From Octopus vulgaris (taxonomy: Eukaryota): 64,000 nt of DNA. The notes under the pieces are model-generated. The model was not told where the DNA came from and searched no databases. It saw only the letters and a program-made list of their open reading frames with translations. The stretch lies in NCBI GenBank assembly GCA_951406725.2, contig OX597821.1:92690001-92754000 (forward strand), given 5' to 3'. The position numbers were made by a program, and so were the translations under genes. Below, in pieces: positions 55,850 through 64,000 of the stretch. The first letter of the stretch is position 1, and each line of letters opens with the position of its first letter.

Positions 55850-56800
55850 TTTCTTGTAATGGTTTATTTACTATTTTTTCACGTTGCTGATGTTATACAT
55901 CATTTACTATCAGAGGTTCTGATTTACCTCAGAAGTTCTGAGTACAAGGTATACTGGAAAATTATGGTGTCCAGCATCCTTTTTACAAGCCCTGCCCATC
56001 GAAATTTAACGCAACTGAATGATGCTTTGTTTTGCTTTCTTTCTAGTCAGCCTAAACATCTGACGTTCAAGATCGTTCACCTCTTTCTTTGATGTAATCA
56101 ATGTAGTCTCTCATATCAAGGTATTTAAATTTTATATGCTAAGTCTCACCGTCGTAGAGCACTGTGGAGAATGCAACAGCCTGTTACACCATTTTTATTT
56201 TTGTCTCACGATTGTGAAATAGTTGCTCGAAGTACTTCTGGGCTGTTCGCGATCAGTTGTTGGTGACATTTTCGAAGGAGCAAGACGTGAACATGATGCT
56301 AGCGAGACAGATGAAAAGGAAAACCTTCTGCAACTAGTTCTGAAGAGTATTTTCAAGCGGTATTCGTTCTGTTCTTCAAATTCCGTCGAGGTCGACTTTG
56401 CCTTTCATCCTTTCGGGGTCGATAAATTAAGTACCAGTTACGCACTGGGGTCGATGAAATAGGCTTAATCCGTTTGCCTGTCCTTGTTTGTCTCCTCTGT
56501 GTTTAGCCCCTTGTGGGTAATAAAGAAATAGGTATTCGTTCTGTTCATTCATATTTGTTATGCTGACAGTGAGGCTAAATATCTTATGATGATGAATAAG
56601 TGCACCAAAGATGGTTTGTGGATTCGAATCGGTTAACAACGTAACAGCTTTATCTTCAGCATATTGCAGCTCACAGATTATGTTTATTGAAGTGTGGTCT
56701 CTCGATTTAAGTTCGCATAGGTTGAAAAGTCCTTCATTATATGTACATCCAATGTCAATTCCAGGTTTGGATTCATAGCTGATTTTCATCAGTATAACAT
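55850..56800 (-). mobile_element. RTE (BovB-like) LINE remnant interrupted by a SINE B
   Basis: GIDIGCTYNEGLFNL..ELQYAEDKA; ETKIKMV*QAVAFSTVLYDGET; RWAGLVKRMLD..LYSEL. Confidence 0.75.
56375..56530 (+). mobile_element. 5'-truncated SINE family B, with TSD
   Basis: 16-bp direct repeat ggtattcgttctgttc at 56359-56374 and 56531-56546. Confidence 0.85.
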
Positions 56801-57465
56801 TCTATATACATTGAAAACAGAGTGGATGTTAATATTTTATGACAATTAGCAGAGTAGAAATCATGTACACAGCGTTTGCTCAGCATAGCTTCGAATTTCA
56901 TTGGCCTTAGATCGATATCTATCATTTTGAATTCTATAGATCTGTGTTTGAACAACAGCTTCGAAATGTCGACATTTGTCTCGTTTAGTTTTGTAATTAG
57001 TAACAATGTTCAGTATTGAGCAATCATTTTCTCGAACAAGCTTTGCAGAGTTCTGCGTTTTTCTTATCAAACTAATGTAAATGCTTATGGTTTGAGAATC
57101 ACCCTTCTGATACTGCTATAAAAATTACAAGTTTTCAACCGATCTATTGAGACTTCAGTTTCAGTGTGTCTGAGTTACAAGGTTTCAAATTTTATATTAG
57201 GGTCTGTTAAAAGCTATAACGAATTCAAAAACTCCTCAGTTGTTGCACTGCCAGCTTCTTCTTCAATTATGCGTTGTACCTTACATATCTTGTTAGTTTA
57301 CGTTTAAGTATCAATCTTAGAGACAATATAAGTTGGTGGTCACTCCAGGTATCGTCAATGGCAGTCATTACTTTGGCAATATTGACTTCAGTTAACTTCC
57401 GGCTTACCTCGCTTTCGTGCAGTGATGTATTCAATAAAGGACTAGTAAACATATACATGCAAGCA

Positions 57466-57497
<32 letters not shown>

Positions 57498-57961
57498 TGT
57501 GTGTGAACAATATCGGGGACACACATACGCAAGGTATGTGTTTTGCCAGTTAGTGGGCAGGCTGCGATTACAGACGTAAGAGAATATATTTTCATCAAGT
57601 TGCCTGGTGTTAAAACACCTTTGGGCTGCTCCTCATTCATATTTGAAAATTTTCTATGGTATGAAACATTGGAACTATATGCAAAATGGTTCTTAAACCA
57701 TTTTGTATATAGTCATAGACCGCAATTTAGCTTACATTTTGATTACGTTTCGGATACGTGGTATTGACAAGTCAAAAAGACGACGCAATATCGATGTCTA
57801 TCGCTCCTATAACGGGACCAGATGCGAATTATCTCACTTTTCTATGACTTCCAGGTGTTTCAACACTAAGGGTATTGATGAGAATATATTCTCTTACGCC
57901 CGTAATCGTAGCCTATCCACGAACTGGCAAAAAGACATACCCGGTTGCTTCGCATTTCTAT

Positions 57962-58006
<45 letters not shown>

Positions 58007-58616
58007 CGTACATATATACATACATACATACATATGTATATGTATATATAGTAAGAGAAGGAATATACTATCCAGGCAGATACCGAATTGTTCTGAGTAA
58101 AATGCCAAAGCTGGTTCCTCCCGACGGTGCGTTTTTTTGGTAATGTTTCTTTAGCTTCCATCTGATGTTCCAGTTTATTTCTTTGCTAATTAGAGTGTGT
58201 AGATATATATATCGTTACGAACGAAAAAAATTATTTTCAGATAATTTCTCATTCGTACGGCGTGAATTAGAACACCGCTCTCTGGTTTTGTAAGCGAAAA
58301 CAAAAAAATGAAATTCTTTGTGGTCATGTGACTATTTATAGCGTAGGCGGTATGACTTTGGCGCGCTTTTGTGTGGGCGAAATATAAAGACTACTATTTC
58401 CCATGTGACGAATGAGTTCGAGCTGGACGTTCGTGCTAGTCCCACAACGTAAAAGGCTTTCCTCAACGTTTAGTGTTATTTTTAAAAGCCATGTTGAAAA
58501 GTGCTGTTATCATGAAATATTGTTGAAAAGTTTTTGTGTGAACATTTTGTTTTGTTTGCTTTTCGGTGGACTTGTTCTATTTTCCCCCCTGGTTTGAGGG
58601 GAGAGCGTTGTGTTAT

Positions 58617-59165
58617 TATGCAGCCGTATTCTGACATAGAGTCTTCTGAGGAGCAATCGTTGAGATGTGTTGATAGCATCGACAAGGTGAAGGGAGGAAA
58701 GAGTAGCTGGTAATTCGAGAGAGGAGGTACAAATACGTAAGGAAGAGTTGGAAAAATTCAAAGACTTAATAAAAAGAGAAGCGCACGAAATTGTTGTGAC
58801 CCCCGCCAAAGGAAGTGAATCATAAGGTAGAAAAAGAAATAATTGTGTATCAAACGTCTGATTTCGAAAAGAAAAGAATAGAGATTGTATCAAAGGAAAG
58901 AATAGAAAGATGCCTGAAAGACATATGGAACGACATTACATAAGTACGCCACAGTGGAGGTGCGGTTTAAAACAGAAGAAACAGCCAAGTATTATTATAT
59001 TGCCTCCAGAAATACGGCAGAGGTGGTGCTCCTCCCAACTTACCTTGGGAGACGTGTTTCCAGGGCAACGGTGGAGGAGATACCGCCAGAAGTGGATGCT
59101 GGCTGGATTGTGGAAGCTATTATATCGGGGATTGAGGATAAAATCTCCACCCTCCAAATAGGTGA
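58617..59165 (+). mobile_element. Possible decayed LINE ORF1 (L1/Tx1-like RRM)
   Basis: VEVRFKTEETAK...LLPTYLGRRVSRATVEEIPPEVDAGWIVEAI, preceded by an acidic coiled-coil-like segment; frameshifts. Confidence 0.35.
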
Positions 59166-59279
59166 TTGAATTTTTTACCTATAACAATTAAAATTAAGAA
59201 ATAGCAACTTGTTCAAATTGATCAAAATATTGTGTAGCACGTTCATGAAAAGTAGCGTAATGTGCTACTTGTATCCATC

Positions 59280-60060
59280 AGGCGTGGCTGTGTAGTAATA
59301 AGTTTGATTCCTAACCACATGATTCCGGATTCAATCCCACAGTGTGGCACCTTGGGCAAGTGTCTTCTATTATAACCTCGGGCCCATCAAAGCTTTGTTA
59401 GTCGATATGAGAGACTGGAACTGAAAGAAACCCGTCGTATATTTGTGTAAGTGCGTGTGTGTATCTTTGTGTCTGTGTCTGTCACTCACCCACAACCGCT
59501 CAACAACCCGTGATGGTGTGTTTACATCCCCGTAACAAAGCGGTTCGGAAAAAGAGACTGGTAGAATAAGTACCGGGATTACAAAATAAATAATGGGGGT
59601 CGATCGGTTCGACTAAAATTCTTTAATTCGACTAAAATTCTTAATCCGTTTGTTTGTTCTTGTTTGTCCTCTCTCTATTTAGCCCCTTGTGGGTAGTAAA
59701 GAAATAGGTATTTCGTCTGTCTTTACGTTCTGAATTCAAATTCCGCCGAGGTCGACTTTGCCTTTCATCCTTTCGTGGTCGATAAATTAAGTACCAGTTA
59801 CGCACTGGAGTCGATGTAATCGACTTAATCCGTTTGTCTGTCCGTGTTTGTCCTCTCTCTGTTTAGCCCCTTGTGGTTAGTAAAGAAATAGGTATTTCAC
59901 CCGTCACTACATTCTGAGTTCAAATTCCACCGAGGTCGACCTTGCCTTTAATCCTTTCAGGGTCGATAAAAAGTACCAGTTGAGCACTGGGACTCAAGGT
60001 AATCAACTATCTCTCTTCCCCCAAATTTCAGGCCTTGTGCTTAGAGTAGAAAGGATTATT
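59280..60060 (+). mobile_element. SINE family A (59280-59620) followed by tandem SINE B units (59640-60060)
   Basis: Family motifs; junction aagaaata|ggtatttc repeated. Confidence 0.85.
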
Positions 60061-60296
60061 AGAGCAACATTTAGCGACACTAAGACTGCCAATATTCCAC
60101 AGAAGCAACAAACGGGTGTGTGATCAAGACGTTTGTTTTTTAACCATGTAGTTTCGGATTCAGTACCACTGCGCAGTACTTTCAACAAGTACTCGCTACT
60201 ACAACACCGAGTTGATCCAACACCTTAAGAGGGGATTTGAGACATAGACTGTAGAGTAGTTTGATGTATCTATCTATCTATTTGTCGGTCTGTCTA

Positions 60297-60335
<39 letters not shown>

Positions 60336-60385
60336 TCGTTAGCCACTACACATATTTTTTTCTCTCCTTGTTTTTTTCTGTGTCC

Positions 60386-60421
60386 CTTTCTGTAGAAGAG
60401 CGTAGGCTCGAAACGTAAAAG
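60386..60421 (+). ncRNA. Minimal hammerhead-like motif, CUGUAGA core
   Basis: cuuu-CUGUAGA-A-GAGC(guag)GCUC-GAAACGU-A-aaag, in module 60330-60512 between (TA)n tracts. Confidence 0.6.
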
Positions 60422-60509
60422 ACTTTTTCTATTCCTAAGCGTTATACTAATAAATTTGTTTGTTTTGTACACTACCTGTCTTCGTCTTTTGTTTTTTTCG
60501 TAAACTCTC

Positions 60510-60556
<47 letters not shown>

Positions 60557-61439
60557 GCGCACACACGCGCGCAAACGCATAAAAACTTGCAAGGTTTCAG
60601 AAGCCAAAGTTAGTTTAGAGTATTGTTATTTTATTAAACTCGTCCAAACTATTCAGATTGATAATTAGATAGATATAGATAAATTAGATAGAAAGATAGA
60701 TAGGTTGATGCGTATAAGTATTTATGTATGTATGTATGTGTATATATATATATCTTATGTATTGTTGATTCGAATTCATCTTTGAGATGGTAAATCTTAC
60801 AATCTGTCCAATCAGCCATTACATCTGTACGGCTGTCACCACTAAACTCTCTAACAAAACAGCGACAGCATAGTATTACAATATCAATCAACATTACACG
60901 AAACCCAGAACTAGTGAACGGTTTTTACACAGCAGACAGTGATTAATTAGATGAACGAGAACAACAATTCAGATTGGCTGAAAAGTCTCTCAAGAATCAG
61001 AGAAAAATATAGAATAGAGCGATCTCCTGGCACTATGCATTGACAAAACTACTGATGTGAAATCGAGTTTTATCACCAATCTTTATTTATTGATGGTGAC
61101 ATTAAAACGTCATGGGAGACTTGTACATAGAGGGAACTACATACAACCTTTTACTCTGTGTTCAACTTGTATACGAAATGTTCTATAAAACACTTAAGTA
61201 TTCATTAAATATAAAAGGTGGTTAGAGTTGGCACAAATCTTGTTAGTAGCATATATACAATATATATTGAGTTAGACATTTATACACTTCAAATACAACT
61301 TATACCAAGATTGTTTGATCAGATCGAAGGCAAGTTCAGTTTCTGATTTTGCTCATGCTGATATTATCTGACTTCAACATCGTAGTAATGGTGGGATTAA
61401 AGTGGTTTGGATTTAAAACCACATCCCCTGCTGTCCCTT

Positions 61440-62247
61440 GCAAATATTGGCATAAGATCAGCATATTCGGTGAAGTCGATTACATTAACCTCAGGGCTTA
61501 CTTGGTATTTATTTCCTCGACCCCCAAAGGATGAAAGACAAAGTCGACCTCAGTGGAATTTGAACTAAGAATGTAAAGACAGGACGAAATACCGCCGAGT
61601 GTTTAACTCGGCGTGCTAACGATTCTGCCAAGCTCACCGCCTTCCATGCAACTACAATTATCGCTTTCAAATCTTGGCAAAAGGCCAGCAATACCGCAGA
61701 GAGGGTAAATCAGTTACATCGACATCGGTGCTTAAGCGGTACTTATTTTATTAGTACCACCGAAAGGATGAAAGGCAAAATGGACCTCGGCGGAATTTGA
61801 ACTCAGAACACGAAGAAGGACGAAATACGTATTTCTTTACTGCCCACAAGGGGCTAAACACAGAGGGGACAAACAAGGACAGACACACGGATTAAGTCGA
61901 TTACATCAACCCCAGTGCGTAACTGCTACTTATTTAATCGACCCCGAAAGGATGAGAGGTAAAGTCGACCACGGCGGAATTTGAACTCAGAACGTAGCGG
62001 CAGGCGAAATATCTATTTCTTTACAACCCACTAAAGGCTAGACACAGAGGAGACAAACAAGGACAGAGACACGAATTAAGTCGATTACATCGACCCCAGT
62101 GCGTAACTGATACTTAATTTTTCGACCCCGATAGAATGAAAGGCAAAGTCGACCTCGGCGGAATTTGAACTCAGAATGTAACGGCAGACGAAATACGGCT
62201 AGGCATTTCGCCCGGCGTGCGAACGTTTCTGCCAGCTCACCGCCTTC
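61440..62247 (-). mobile_element. SINE family B cluster and tandem array
   Basis: Four repeats of ggatgaaaggcaaagtcgacc..gaatttgaactcagaa. Confidence 0.88.
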
Positions 62248-62524
62248 CATGTAAATATTACTAACATTTATTTTTAAATTTTATTTTTAATGATTACACG
62301 GTTAATGATAGAACTATCTTAAAAACTGAGAGTCCCAACCTAACGCTCGGACAGTTATTAATAACAAAAATATACGATTGAATAGAATATTTAACCAATA
62401 CGAGATAGTATACTTTCACATTGTTACTAAGTTCTGTTATTATAAAAATCAATATGAACAAGCGTCGTTATAGGTGTTTGCGTCTGCGTGTGTGTGTGTG
62501 TGTATCCAAATTTTTCTTTCATTC

Positions 62525-62573
<49 letters not shown>

Positions 62574-62924
62574 TCCCTTTGTCACGTGAAAAATCACAGC
62601 AAGCAAGATATACATTATTCAATGCTTGTCAACAGTTTTTCTTTATTGTTCACTCAAGAAGGCAAAGTGCCCATAATCCTTGTAAGTATTCCTGGATTGT
62701 GGGGTTTTAAAAATGGTTGATATTTAGTTTGAATATCTTGTAGATTAGTGACTGTCGGAGAGACATTGCAGATAGGGAATTCCAGTTGAATGTAACCTTA
62801 GAAAGAATGATTCGGCACGATGTTTAGTGCCGGGTCAGAACTGTTAAGTATTGTAGTAACAATGGGAGTTGGGTTTGCAATTTCATAGTTCAGGGGATCA
62901 GATCCCAATATTGATGCAAGGAAC

Positions 62925-63340
62925 GGAGCTTGCAGCGAGTTTGCGCGCTGGGCAAAATGCTTAGCAGCATTTTCTCCCTCCTTACGTTCTAAGTTCGAAT
63001 TCCGCCGTGGTCGACTTCGCCTTTCATCCTTTTGGTTTCGATAAAATAAGTAGCAGTTAAACACTGGGGTCAATTTAATCGACTTAACCCTCCTTCCAAA
63101 GCTGCAGAGCTTGTGCTATAATTTGAAACCAATATTCTTCTCTACTCGAGGCAGAAGGCCCAAAATTTTGGGGAAGGGTGTCCAGTCGATTAGATCGACC
63201 ACTACGCGTAACTGGTACTTAATTTATCGACCCTGAAAGGATGAAAGGCAAAGTCGACCTCTGCAGAATTTGAACTCAGAACATAAAGACAGACGAAATA
63301 CCACTAAGCATTTCGTCCGGCGTGCTAACGTTTCTGCCAA
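62925..63340. mobile_element. Tail-to-tail pair of SINE family B copies
   Basis: 62925-63135(+) and 63135-63340(-). Confidence 0.85.
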
Positions 63341-63499
63341 GGCAAAAAAGAAACAAAGTAGGTGATAGGCACAAATCTTGGGGTACTCCAAACTTGATAG
63401 AATCTGAATAAGAGGAAAATGGCTACTGTATAAGATCTGGCAGAAAACCTGCACTCTGAGATAAAGTACCTTATGATAGCAATTTAACTAAAAGGTTCT

Positions 63500-64000
63500 T
63501 GTGCGAAACATGAACAAATGTTTTGCTGATGCCATGAACAATATTGCTTTGATTAAACTTCTTAAAGATGAGGCGTCGTTGCTGTATGACATCGAAGAAC
63601 AGGTTTCTTATGTATTTAGTTCCTCGGAAATAGAACAAGTGGTCATGGAGAATGAAAATAGATTCAATGTAGCGAAAGGTTTCTTAAAAGATGTTTCCAT
63701 CAACAGAAACTTGATGATAGAAATAGTTTGAAGTGTGAAAAATAAACAAGCATCTGATGGAGTCGGAGTAGCTGCGCTTCTTAGAAGCTAAAACAAGTAA
63801 AATGAAAGAAAGGGCAATCAGTTACGTTGCTTGCGTGTATAGAGTTTGAAGATAAAAGTAAAACGAACTGCGAATTTGGTGATTCTATGCATAGAACTGC
63901 TCATTGTTGATGGGTTACAGAAAAAAATTATTTAAAGATTGACTGGTAAGAATATTCAGCAGTATTGATGAAGATTTTCTTGACAAAGTATTTTGTGCAA
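63500..64000 (+). mobile_element. Possible very old LINE RT N-terminal remnant
   Basis: DVSINRNLMIEIV*SVKNKQASDGVGVAALL loosely resembles the region around GPDG in RT domain 0. Confidence 0.2.

Noticed and set aside
60900-61350. Possible decayed RT fragment
   Set aside because: Motif resemblance too weak without a profile search

Overview
AT-rich eukaryotic DNA that is intronic or intergenic and saturated with repeats. The SINE families and microsatellite load suggest a coleoid cephalopod (Octopus-like); this is an inference. No intact host protein-coding gene is visible, and nearly all ORFs in the supplied track are microsatellite artefacts. The window holds dozens of tRNA-derived SINEs in at least 4 families, some with clear TSDs, tandem internal units and swapped 3' tails. 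Non-LTR remnants include R4/Dong-type RT+RLE in (TAA)n, several RTE pieces, and Penelope-like RT and GIY-YIG fragments. DNA-transposon relics include a near full-length Chapaev3-like element with TIRs and a 5' intron, an internally deleted mariner, a maT/Tc1-like element and Helitron helicase fragments. There are also three long palindromes. The most notable signal is about a dozen minimal type I hammerhead-ribozyme-like motifs. They sit in short Penelope-type terminal modules embedded in (TA)n/(TG)n microsatellites, have palindromic (dimer-type) stem III, and show recurrent non-canonical cores (CCGANGA, CUGUNGA, extra A before stem II). All coordinates and translations were read by eye and may be off by a few bases.
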